Shown piece by piece: positions 30,901-40,500 of a DNA stretch of 64,000 bases. The notes beneath the pieces were generated by a model. It saw only the letters and a program-made list of their open reading frames with translations, ran no database searches and had not been told where the DNA came from. How positions within the stretch are numbered: the stretch's first letter is position 1; each line of letters starts with the position of its first letter. A program made the position numbers and the translations under genes. The DNA comes from a virus. Its lineage: Duplodnaviria; Caudoviricetes. The stretch lies in the IMG/VR virus record IMGVR_UViG_3300029305_011823. The stretch is one strand, 5' to 3'.

Positions 30901-33900
30901 TGGTACATCCATTTCAGTAGATGTTGATTATGTACCTGGAGATGAAAAAGCATTAATAAGTGTCGATTACTTGAATACTGAAAATTTAACTTCATGTAAA
31001 TTAATGTTTAAAAAATGTGCAAATCTTACAAACGTAAATACTAGTGGATGGAATACTAGTAATGTAACTGATATGTATAGTATGTTCTCATATTGTGATA
31101 AATTAACTTCATTAGATGTAAGTAATTTTGATACTAGCAATGTAACTAATATGCAATATATGTTCTATAATTGTAATAAATTAACTACGATAGATGTAAG
31201 TAATTTTGATACTAGTAACGTTGCATACTTAACTAGTATGTTCTCTAGTTGTCAATTATTAACTTCATTAGATGTAAGTGGATTTAATACTAGTAAAGTA
31301 ACTAATATGCATGGAATGTTTAACTTATGTAGATCGTTAACTACGATAGATGTAAGTAATTTTGATACTAGTAAAGTAACTGATATGGCTGGTATGTTTT
31401 ATAATTGTCAATCATTAACTTCATTAGATGTAAGTAATTGGGACACTAGTAAAGTAACTCAGATGCATAATATGTTCTATAATTGTAATAAATTAACTTC
31501 ATTAGATGTAAGTAATTGGGATGTTAGTAATGTAATTACTATACAAGGTATATTCCATCAATGTAAATCATTAACTTCATTAGATGTAAGTAATTGGGAT
31601 ACTAGTAAAGTAACTAGAATGGATTATATGTTTTTCTATTGTAATAAATTGAATGCTTTAGATGTAAGTAAATGGAATACTAGTAAAGTAGTTAATATGT
31701 GTGGTATGTTCCAAGATTGTTATGGCTTAACTTCATTAGATGTAAGTAATTGGGATACTAGTAAAGTAACTACTATGCATTGTATGTTTTTATCATGTAT
31801 AGGATTAACACAAATTGATTTAAGTAATTGGGATACTAGTAAAGTAACTAGTATGAGTGAAATGTTCCGTAATGTTTCAAATGTTAATAAATTAGATTGT
31901 GGTAATTTTGATATGTCGCAAGTCGATATTATCAATTCCATGTTTAAAGCAATGGCACGATTAAAAGTACTTGATTTAACACATGTTGAATTTACTGCAG
32001 ATGATTATCAAGAAATACTTCTTGGCACTAATAATCTAGAAGTATTAAAATGTGATAAGCCTTCTACTATACATAAATTGGTAGAGTTACTTCCAGATAG
32101 AAACGGACAAGAAAACCCAGGTAAATTAATAACTACTGTTCAAGATAGATTAAATCCTTATTGCTTTGAAGTGTTATTAGAAAAGAACTGGGAAATAACA
32201 TCTGAAGTTGGTCTATTAGTAGCTGATTATATATTCGACCCTGCTATACATAATAGTATGATACCTGTTATGAATGATGGTTATCTTGATGATTGTGTTA
32301 TAGAAGATGAGGTGATATTAAACTACGTAGAACCAACAGATGAAGTAGAAGTAGTAAATGAAAACGAAGGAATAATGACTTTAGAAGAAACTGAAGGAAG
32401 AATGGTTATAAGAAGAAAAATTTATAATCTTAAAGGAGAATCTCCAAGTAGTATTAGATTCGGTGCTGCTTATATGGAACAGAATTTATACACTGATGAA
32501 GTCTACCACTATCGTTTATCACTAATAGAAGTATTGTATATTGATATCAGTAACTGTACAGATATAACACGCCTATTTAATGTATGTAAAAATTTACGAA
32601 AAGTTGAAGGTATGTTAGTAACTAACAAAATAACTGCAATGTCATCAGTATTCTTTGCTTGTAAAAAATTAACTTCAATAGATTTAAGTAACTGGGATAC
32701 TAGAAATGTGACTACTATACAAGCTATGTTCTATCATTGTGATTCACTAACTTCATTAGATTTAAGTAATTGGGATGTTAGTAATGTAAGCGGTATGACT
32801 TGTGTATTTACATGGTGTTCAGGTTTACAATCATTAAATTTAAATAATTGGAATACTAGTAATGTCATTCATATGAATGGATTTTTACAGGGTTGTGCTT
32901 TATTAAGTAAATTAGATTTAAGTGGTTTTGATACTAGTAAAGTAACGACTATGAATAACATGCTTAATGGATGTAAATCTACATATATGGATTTATCCAA
33001 TTTTATAATCAATGATGATTGTGATATAACTTATATGATAGATTTTCAAAAATCAATCAAATATTTAAAACTAGACGACGCTGCTTCATTGGAAAAATTA
33101 CTTCCACAACTTCCAACTAGAGATGTTAATGACAAAGGACATATAGTAACTTATAATCCAGATGCTCTATCATCTACAGCTAAAACTACACTTACTAATA
33201 AAAACTGGGTAGTTCATTCAGTTGATGAATGTACAATTGCAGCTTATGGATTTGATAATACTGTATGCGAAGATGTAATGCCAATATTCAATGAAGATTA
33301 TGATGCTTCTGCGTTATCTATATCTGACCATGTTCACGGTGGATATTTTGTTCATAGAGATATCATGAACTTTGAAGGTAAACTACCATCAACAATTAAA
33401 TTCGGTGGAGATGAACCTGATGCTAGAACTAATGCATTAATGCAAATAGGTGATATTAACTTAACTGGAATAACTGATTATTCTGAAATGTTTAAAAACT
33501 GTACTAACTTAAATTATCTAAATATCTGTGTTGGAGAAAAAACTCCTACAAATGTCTCTCATATGTTTGAAGGATGTTCTAACTTAGAATTATTTGATAT
33601 TTATAGAATGGAATTTGACGAAATTACTTCATATGAAGGAATGTTCGCTGGATGTAATAAATTATGTAAAATAAGGGTAAGAGATATTCAAAATGAAGTA
33701 TTTATGAATATACTTAGAGATGAAAATAATAATTTTGCTGAAGTAAAAGAAATAGTAAGTAGTCGTGTACATGACTTAACTGAAGAAGAAAGAGGAGTAA
33801 TCGAAGGATTAGGATGGGGATTAAAAGGAATGATTGCTCATTATGCTTATGATGCTATGATAGCTAACGATTATATACCTGTATTTAATGATGAATTTAC

Positions 33901-36900
33901 TGATTTTGAAGTATTTGATTACTTAAATGAAAGACAAGGAATTATGCATAGAACTATAGAAAGTAATCAGTTGCCTACATTAATGAGATTTGGTCAGAGT
34001 GCGGCTGGAAATGATGGGGTAGAAAATATACCTAAAAATTTATTGAGTTTATTAGAAGTATATGACTGTGATACTAATAATTTAAATACTATGGAAAATA
34101 TGTTTGATTGGTGTATAAATGTTATTAAAATCAATGCTAATTGGGTTACTAGTAAAGTAACTAATATGCGAGCTATGTTCAATAATTGTCAAAAGTTAAC
34201 TTCATTAGATGTAAGTGGTTTTGATACTAGTAATGTAACTGATATGAGATATATGTTCAGTTATTGTAATAAACTAACTTCATTAGATGTAAGTAATTTT
34301 AATACTGGTAATGTAACTACTATGAGAAGTATGTTCGCTAATTGTTATAATTTAACTTCATTAGATGTAAGTAATTTTAATACTAGTAAAGTAGATAATA
34401 TGGCTGATATGTTCTGGAATTGTAGTAAATTAACATCATTAGATGTAAGTAAATGGGATACTAGTAAAGTAACTGATATGAGATATATGTTCAGTTATTG
34501 TAATAAACTAACTTCATTAGATGTAAGTAATTTTAATACTGGTAATGTAACTACTATGAGAAGTATGTTCGCTAATTGTTATAATTTAACTTCATTAGAT
34601 GTAAGTAATTTTAATACTAGTAAAGTAAATAATATAAGCAATATGTTCTCTTATTGTAATAAATTAACTTCATTAGATGTAAATAATTGGGATACTAGTA
34701 ATGTAGTTGCAGCACATTATATGTTTGATGCTTGTAGTTCATTAAAAGTCTTACATCTGAGTAATTGGGATACAACTAAAATATCACTTATGCAATTTAT
34801 GTTTGCTTCTTGTCATACTTTGTCAGTGTTAGATCTATGTAATTTTACAATAAACGAAAATACTAATATTGAAGTTTTATTTAGTTCAGCACTTCGTGTA
34901 ATTAGATGTAATAATGCTGAAAGTGTAAGAATGATTGTTCCTAAACTTATTACAAAAGAACAAGAATTAGAACCTGGCATAATAATATCAGATGCTGAAA
35001 TATCTGAAGAAACACTAGCAGCTCTAGCAGCTAAGAACTGGACTGTCGTTACTTCTGATTCATTTATTAAAGTTGCTGAATATGTATACGACCCTGATGT
35101 TTGGGCTTCATTAATACCTGAGTTCAACGCTGAGTTTGTAAGATACTTTATAAATGACGAAGAGATTGAAGGAGAAGGTGTTGACGGTACTGTTAAGACA
35201 TTGGTTAAGAGAACTATTTGGAGTTTAGGTGATTTACCTATAATGATGAAATTTGGATACCCTTATGGCGACAATTTAATTGGAAATAAACATAAGTCGT
35301 TATTGGAAGTTAATTATATAGATATGAATGCAATAAATACTATGCGTCATATGTTTAGACTTTGTACGAATATAAGAAAAATTGAGTTAAACACAATAGG
35401 CGATAATGTAACTGACATGTATACAGCTTTTGCTAATTGTTATAAATTAACTTCATTAGATGTAAGTAATTTTAATACTAGTAATGTAACTAATATGGAT
35501 TACATGTTCTATAGATGTGAATCATTAACTTTATTAGATGTAAGTAATTTTGATACTGGTAAAGTAACTACTATGGAATATATGTTTGGTCTTTGTAAAT
35601 CATTAACTTCGTTAGATGTAAGTAATTTTGATACTAGTAAAGTAACTATTATGAGAAGAATGTTTGCTTATTGTGAGTCATTAACTTCATTAGATGTAAG
35701 TAATTGGGATACTAGTAATGTAACTGATATGTATGAAATGTTCGTTAATTGTAAATCGTTAACTACATTAGATGTAAGTAACTGGAATACTGGTAAAGTA
35801 TACAGAATACACAGTATGTTTTATGGTTGTGGATTGCTTGAATCAATCGATCTAAGTAATTTTGAGTTAGATAAAATGACTAATGCTAACGGTTTTGGTT
35901 GGATGTTTAGTTTTTGCTCTAATCTAAAGGAAGTTAAATTACCTAAATTTAATATGTCGACATCATATGCTTGTATGTTTAGATACGCAACATCTATTAA
36001 ATTTATAGATTTATCTAACACTATTACAATAACTGAAAATATTTCTGAGTTGTTTGAAGAATGTCATAATCTAGAAACTATTGACATAAGCAATATTAAA
36101 CTGAATGTTTCTAGTAATGTTAATGAATTATTCTATAATGTTGGAAATACTTTAACAGACATAGGTATGGTTCACTGTGATGTTGAAACTATTAACATAG
36201 TAGCAGCACAAACACCAGTACAACCAATCACTATATGGATAGGAACTCACTTAACAGCAGAAGAAATAGCATCACTAGACCAATACGACCACATAACTTA
36301 CAGTATACAACTAGAAAACGCAGAGAGATTATTACTTAGCTCACCACTTCTTGAAGGTGATGAAATAAAAGTAGTAGATGGACAGTTATGTCATGTTCAT
36401 AATACTGGTATGGATGTATTTGATGGTAGTACTGACGAAGGTTGGGTTTTAGGTTCTGTAGGTACTAGTAACTATAGAATTGAATTATATTCTCAAGAAG
36501 TTCTTACATATGGTCATAGTTATTCGAATTATTTATCTAGAGGATTTGCGATATGTGATAGAATACCTAGATTATATACTGATACTACAGCTGATGCTAC
36601 TATTTATCCACTTGATAAATCATTTATAAGTTTATTAGATAGTGGTACATCAATTTATAATAGAGCAGCATCTATTAAATTATCAAGAGAAATTGCTAAT
36701 ACAGTTGCAGAAGGAAAAGCATGGTTAGCTAAAAATCCTCTTACTTTAATTTATTCATTAGCAGAACCTTGGACTGAAGTAATTGATTTACCAAGAGCTA
36801 ATATAGACGTAGAACTTTATGAAAACGGAGTACTTTATATGTCAGACCCAACTGCTTCTATAAATAGAGTTGATTCTGATGGTAATATGATTATAGATAC

Positions 36901-37504
36901 AATACAAGGGGATTCAGTTATGAACGTTTCTAATCAACAATTCTCTGTTGAATTATCAGAAGAATCTGATGCTCCTATACAAACAGGAGAAATATTAGAA
37001 GATAATTCTATTAGACCTAAATTCTACGGAAGAACTATGGTTAACTTAATGGATATAATTGGATGGGGAAAATTTATACATCCTACTGATAACTATGGTG
37101 CATATATTTATAATTCACATGATATAACAAATAAATCCATAACTATAACTAACTTTAATGATAAACCTATAAAAATAGGAATATATAATAGTGAAGTACA
37201 AAATGCTGATGGTAGAGGTGTAGATATAGCTGCTAATTCATCTGTTATTATAAATCTATCTGAAGTTGAAAGTTTATTCTCGGTACTTGGTAGATTTACA
37301 GAGGGATGGAGTGAAGAAAATATGCACGAACTTAAAAATATAAACATATTTGAAGGTGAATTATCTGAGGATGAATTACCTGAAAATAGAATGAACGGAA
37401 TGAGAAATGCGTTTGATAAGTATCAAACAACTGAAGGTAAATACAGAGTTGAAATGGTTGTAAGTAATTCACCAATTCAATTTGGTAAAGCTGGAAGAAA
37501 ATAA
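24959..37504 (+). CDS. giant BspA/DUF285-type LRR protein 1 (putative receptor-binding fibre/adhesin), 4181 aa
   Basis: PKD-like N-terminus (SWGDGS...HIYNKAGIYDI); many LTSLDVSNWDTSNVTxMxxMFxxC repeats; five linker domains; tail-type C-terminus (AWLAKNPLTLIYSLAEP); late promoter at 24909-24920. Confidence 0.85.
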   Translation: MKIIYRGKSIEGRYQNDIIDQILFDEKIDRITKITVKIPYDNYSLKVVSSTDHITEDDAIISWGDGSGNFLQISEDNIASTIDESVIGQENEDPTVHIYNKAGIYDISGHFTFGKSSAPTDSMKECLVEVKNLTAKSDNLGGAFNGCENLRKFSIQTQLSPINTRYMFNNCANLIKADVAMIDMTNVTDAMRMFSNCNMLTTLDVSNWNTGNIKHIGWMFWRCYELTTLDVSNWNTSNVTSMEAAFHHCYKLEALDVSNWDVGKVEHLGHTFARCESISTLDVSKWDAKVVTNMNRTFYKCINLTSLNVSKFDTSNVTTFQGTFEECTNLTVIEGMINWNTAKVQKMGSMFNGCELLQDISTVINFDTQNVTNMSCLFKNCKAITSLDLSNFNTVNVTDLSGLLEGCSGLTNVNISGLNMTKNKTIANMFKDCINLESIQGIRDLNVSNITNMDYMFYGCEKLATLDLSNWVTSVKLTSMKAMFYGCKALTSLNVSGFNVSNVTDIVGIVDDVDHGLFDSCNAITEIIGIDRWHTGNITNMRSMFAGCNNLTSLDVSNFNTSNVTNMSRMFTSCKSLTSLDVNGFDTSNVTTTRDMFYNCQLLTSLDVSKWDTRNFTTLWGMFNQCYELTTLDVSKWDTSNVTSMWYTFNQCYKLTSLDVSNWNTSKVTSLAFTFRDCRVIKELKVSDWDTSQVTDMRCTFATCREITELDLHKWNTSKVTNMDSFIPYCTNLVKLDVSGWVTSNVTNMYGMFISCINLQKLDLGTWSARNVTNMKQMFYNCPSLTTLGDTTYFNPEKVTDMNQMFYNCEKLEEIRGIGNWVTGELTDIAAMFANCKALKYLDLGGFNVSKVVYPCANISGIEYGLFRDCNNIEYINGLENWETKNMTQMHYMFMRCHNLKRLDISNWNTANVTYMYHMFDDCEKMEELIIGENFDTSKVTSMQYMFYDCNQLTSLDVSNWNTSNVMYIENMFYNCNRLTSLDVSNWDTSKVTSMRYLFGNCRSLTTLDVSNFDTSNVTDMQNMFHECPKLTSLDVSNWDTSKVTRMDRMFDNCQSLTSLNVSNWDTGNVTNMSHMFYQCTNLTSLDVSDWDTSKVNHMDNMFRSCQSLTSIDVSNFDTSNVTTMYAMFYNCNHLTSLDVSKWDTGNVINMSSMFNICNKLTSLNLSNFDTSNVTNMSHMFYGCNELTSIGDVSNWDVSNVTDMSVLFCACNKLTSLDVSKWVTSKVTNMYATFYRCELLPVINVSNWDVSKVTDMRSMFDNCRSLTSLDVSKWDTRNVTDMDTMFAACKALTALDVSNFNTGNVTTMAGMFRESNLLTEIVGLNNFNVSKVENMAMIFHGCSNLLSLNLSNWNTDSLIYITNDNESGGMFSGCHKLQSITFGEGFNTSKVINMKYMFASCFELVNLDVSNFNTSNVTDMQYMFYYCNKLTSLDVSGFNTSKVTNMQAMFYQCTDLTSLDVSNFNTSNVTTMNHMFYKCSNLTSLDVSKWDVSKVNNMYYIFRACMRLTSLDVSKWDTSNVTTLYGSFQDCASLTSLDVSNWNTSNVNTMHYSFANCAQLTTLDLTRWDTSKVTNMAGMFHTCVRLTSINVSNFDTGNVGTIGQMFFNCRLLTEIIGLENWDVSNVTDMSGLFSKCEQLSILNISNWNTEKLIYTVYTDANGVKQGIFTNCKNLTSLDLSNWNTSNVTDMSYMFSDCQSLTSLDVSGFNTSNVIAMRWMFQNCQSLTSLDVSGFNTGNVTDMTYMFFGCHKLTSLDVSNFDTSNVNAMQGVFQYCKSLTSLDVSNWDTSKALIVHGMFNNTKLITVNISKFDLSSLQDAGNPATHIFSCDGANTEQGMSLKTVYFTDVTLPYKDYSSMFANRIGLKYVQCNNVNNINMIIGQIPARTVEDPGFFVTNADYTLDMEVNLAAKNWNIVNLKEVGNVVVQYKYDMNIYRDLLPVFNPEFTGYFWIDEIEDETKPNIVTRTIKCLDENLPTMVRFGTSISVDVDYVPGDEKALISVDYLNTENLTSCKLMFKKCANLTNVNTSGWNTSNVTDMYSMFSYCDKLTSLDVSNFDTSNVTNMQYMFYNCNKLTTIDVSNFDTSNVAYLTSMFSSCQLLTSLDVSGFNTSKVTNMHGMFNLCRSLTTIDVSNFDTSKVTDMAGMFYNCQSLTSLDVSNWDTSKVTQMHNMFYNCNKLTSLDVSNWDVSNVITIQGIFHQCKSLTSLDVSNWDTSKVTRMDYMFFYCNKLNALDVSKWNTSKVVNMCGMFQDCYGLTSLDVSNWDTSKVTTMHCMFLSCIGLTQIDLSNWDTSKVTSMSEMFRNVSNVNKLDCGNFDMSQVDIINSMFKAMARLKVLDLTHVEFTADDYQEILLGTNNLEVLKCDKPSTIHKLVELLPDRNGQENPGKLITTVQDRLNPYCFEVLLEKNWEITSEVGLLVADYIFDPAIHNSMIPVMNDGYLDDCVIEDEVILNYVEPTDEVEVVNENEGIMTLEETEGRMVIRRKIYNLKGESPSSIRFGAAYMEQNLYTDEVYHYRLSLIEVLYIDISNCTDITRLFNVCKNLRKVEGMLVTNKITAMSSVFFACKKLTSIDLSNWDTRNVTTIQAMFYHCDSLTSLDLSNWDVSNVSGMTCVFTWCSGLQSLNLNNWNTSNVIHMNGFLQGCALLSKLDLSGFDTSKVTTMNNMLNGCKSTYMDLSNFIINDDCDITYMIDFQKSIKYLKLDDAASLEKLLPQLPTRDVNDKGHIVTYNPDALSSTAKTTLTNKNWVVHSVDECTIAAYGFDNTVCEDVMPIFNEDYDASALSISDHVHGGYFVHRDIMNFEGKLPSTIKFGGDEPDARTNALMQIGDINLTGITDYSEMFKNCTNLNYLNICVGEKTPTNVSHMFEGCSNLELFDIYRMEFDEITSYEGMFAGCNKLCKIRVRDIQNEVFMNILRDENNNFAEVKEIVSSRVHDLTEEERGVIEGLGWGLKGMIAHYAYDAMIANDYIPVFNDEFTDFEVFDYLNERQGIMHRTIESNQLPTLMRFGQSAAGNDGVENIPKNLLSLLEVYDCDTNNLNTMENMFDWCINVIKINANWVTSKVTNMRAMFNNCQKLTSLDVSGFDTSNVTDMRYMFSYCNKLTSLDVSNFNTGNVTTMRSMFANCYNLTSLDVSNFNTSKVDNMADMFWNCSKLTSLDVSKWDTSKVTDMRYMFSYCNKLTSLDVSNFNTGNVTTMRSMFANCYNLTSLDVSNFNTSKVNNISNMFSYCNKLTSLDVNNWDTSNVVAAHYMFDACSSLKVLHLSNWDTTKISLMQFMFASCHTLSVLDLCNFTINENTNIEVLFSSALRVIRCNNAESVRMIVPKLITKEQELEPGIIISDAEISEETLAALAAKNWTVVTSDSFIKVAEYVYDPDVWASLIPEFNAEFVRYFINDEEIEGEGVDGTVKTLVKRTIWSLGDLPIMMKFGYPYGDNLIGNKHKSLLEVNYIDMNAINTMRHMFRLCTNIRKIELNTIGDNVTDMYTAFANCYKLTSLDVSNFNTSNVTNMDYMFYRCESLTLLDVSNFDTGKVTTMEYMFGLCKSLTSLDVSNFDTSKVTIMRRMFAYCESLTSLDVSNWDTSNVTDMYEMFVNCKSLTTLDVSNWNTGKVYRIHSMFYGCGLLESIDLSNFELDKMTNANGFGWMFSFCSNLKEVKLPKFNMSTSYACMFRYATSIKFIDLSNTITITENISELFEECHNLETIDISNIKLNVSSNVNELFYNVGNTLTDIGMVHCDVETINIVAAQTPVQPITIWIGTHLTAEEIASLDQYDHITYSIQLENAERLLLSSPLLEGDEIKVVDGQLCHVHNTGMDVFDGSTDEGWVLGSVGTSNYRIELYSQEVLTYGHSYSNYLSRGFAICDRIPRLYTDTTADATIYPLDKSFISLLDSGTSIYNRAASIKLSREIANTVAEGKAWLAKNPLTLIYSLAEPWTEVIDLPRANIDVELYENGVLYMSDPTASINRVDSDGNMIIDTIQGDSVMNVSNQQFSVELSEESDAPIQTGEILEDNSIRPKFYGRTMVNLMDIIGWGKFIHPTDNYGAYIYNSHDITNKSITITNFNDKPIKIGIYNSEVQNADGRGVDIAANSSVIINLSEVESLFSVLGRFTEGWSEENMHELKNINIFEGELSEDELPENRMNGMRNAFDKYQTTEGKYRVEMVVSNSPIQFGKAGRK

Positions 37505-37596
37505 TATTAATCTTTTATCTAAAAACAAATAGATAAGAGAAAAGGGCGTATAGAGATTTCTCTATACGCCTATTTAATATAGAAAGGAGAAAAAAT

Positions 37597-40500
37597 ATGA
37601 GTATAATTGCTAAATATAAATTTGATAAAAGTATATATGAAAATTTAATACCTGAGTTTAATGAAGGGTATACTGGATATACTATAAGTGATGAGATAGA
37701 TAGCGAGAATAGCAATCATGTTATAAGAACTATAAGTCATGATAATATGAAGCCTACGCTAATGCGATTCGGTCAAGTATGGCAAGAGGGTGCAGTATTA
37801 GGTGGTGCTCGATATGAATCTTTATTGGAAATTATTTCATTAGATACAAGTGCGTTAACTAACATGCACAGTATGTTTAGAAGCTGTTTTAATGTATACA
37901 GAATAAATACTGATGGATGGGATACTAGAAATGTAACTGAAATGAGACAGACATTTACACGTTGTTATTCATTAACTTCAATAGATGTAAGTAATATACA
38001 CGTAACTGGAGTTTTATATGCATATTTTTCGCAATGTATCAATTTAACTGAAATAATAGGACTTGACACATGGGATACTAGTAACGTAACTAATATGGAG
38101 CACATGTTCCATAATTGTTATAATTTAACTTCATTAGATTTAAGTAATTGGGATGTTAGTAATGTAGCTAATATGTTTTATATGTTTTCTTATTGTAATA
38201 ATTTAACTACAATAGGAGATGTAAGTAATTGGAATACTAGTAAAGTAACTGATATGAGTCAAATGTTTTTTAATTGTCAATCATTAACTTCATTAGATAT
38301 GAGTAATTGGAATACTGGTAAAGTAACCAATGTGCATCAAATGTTCCATAATTGTCATGCTATAAAATCAGTAGGAAATATTAGAAATTTTATTACTAAT
38401 AAGAGTACAACTATGAAAGGATTGTTTGAAAACTGTTATGCTTTAAAGGATATAGATACTAGCAATTGGGACGTTAGTAATGTAGATACAATGGAATATG
38501 CATTTGAAGAATGTCAATCATTAACTACATTAGACTTAAGTGATTGGAATATCAAAAGCACATGTGTTACAGTTGCAATGTTAACTAGTTGCGGTGTAAA
38601 AACTATATACATGTATAATTCTGATTATGCTTCGGTAAATAGAATTATAGAACAATTACCTCAAGTTGATAATGCTGAATTATATATAGGAGGTATAGAT
38701 AGTTTAGGCTCTGTAAATTTATCTGGTGCACGTGCTAAAAATTGGAGTGTAATCAATAAGTATAAAGTAGCTAAATATAAATTTGATAAAAGTATATATG
38801 AAAATTTAATACCTGAGTTTAATGAAGGGTATACTGGATATACTATAAGTGATGAGATAGATAGCGAGAATAGCAATCATGTTATAAGAACTATACTAGG
38901 AAATAGTTTACCTACATCGATGATATTTGGTGTAATGAATCCAAATCCAGTTGAAGATAAACATAAATGTTTATTGGACGTTGCATATGTAAATATCGAT
39001 AATATTGTTAATATGCATAGTATGTTTAGATACTGTATAAATTTATTATCAATAAATACAAGTAATTGGAATACTGCTCATGTAACTAATATGCATGATT
39101 TATTTCATAGTTGTCGTTCATTAACTTCATTGGATGTAAGTAATTTTGATACTAGTAATGTGAAAAATATGGGTTATATGTTTGTAAGTTGTTATAGATT
39201 AACTTCATTAGATGTAAGTAATTGGGATGTTAGTAAAGTAACTGATATGAATAATCTGTTCTATGATTGTAATAAATTAACTTCATTAGATGTAAGTAAT
39301 TGGGATACTAGTAGTGCAACTGTTATGGGTGGTATGTTCCGTGATTGTAATGCATTAACTTCATTGGATGTAAGTAATTTTGATACTAGTAAAGTAACTG
39401 ATATGAGTTATATGTTCTATGACTGTTATTCATTAACTTCATTAGATGTAAGTAAATGGGATACTAGTAATCTAACTGATATAGAATATATGTTCAATAA
39501 TTGTAATAGATTAACTTCATTAGATGTAAGTAATTGGGATACACGAAATCTACAAAAAGCATCATTAGCATTCTATAATTGTAAAAGGTTAGCAGTAATA
39601 GATGTTAGTAGATGGAAAATGAATGCAATACTATCATGTTATAGAATGTTTGATGCTTGTTCAGGCATATCTAAAGTAGATATATCCAACTGGGAATTAA
39701 CATACTCATCGGCTCATTTATATAGTTTGTGTTCAAATACTAATATAACACAATTTGAATTTCCTGATAGGACACAAAAGGTACGATATATACATCACAT
39801 ATTTAATAATTGTGTAAACTTAGAAGTTATCAATTTTAAAGACTGGGATATTTATGCATCTGAATCAACTACATCTGATATTGAAAAATACGATATATTT
39901 GGGATAAATATTGATAATAATAAAACTGTACCACCTATTAAAAAAATTATATCTAATAATTTAAGTACTATAAAAATATTAGCTAATAATCAAGCATTGC
40001 CAGATAAAACTGGTGAAGTTGAACCAGGTTATATCGTTACTACTCTAAGAGACCAAATAGATGAAGAAACTCTTGCAGCTTTAACTGCTAAAAACTGGGT
40101 AGTTAAGGACTTAGTTGCTCAATATAAATATGATGCTAATACATATGAAAACTTATTACCAGAATTCAATACTGAGTTTACTTCAGATAAATATGAAATT
40201 CATGATAGTATTAGTGAGGGCGTTATAACATATAACGATGTTACTGCATGGCATGAGGATGAAATTAATTTAAATTCGAATCTTATTACATGTCTAAGCA
40301 ATACAACTTATCATTTTATTAAAGGATTTGGAACTATACGTTGGTATGACTCTAATAAAAATTATATAGACGTTTCGTTATTCACTGATGGAGCGTACAT
40401 GACGTCTCCAATAAATGCTAGATACATGATGATTGTATATAATAAAGAGAATGGAAAAAATAGTTTTGAATTAGTATCTAAACTAGTAACTAGAAGTATA

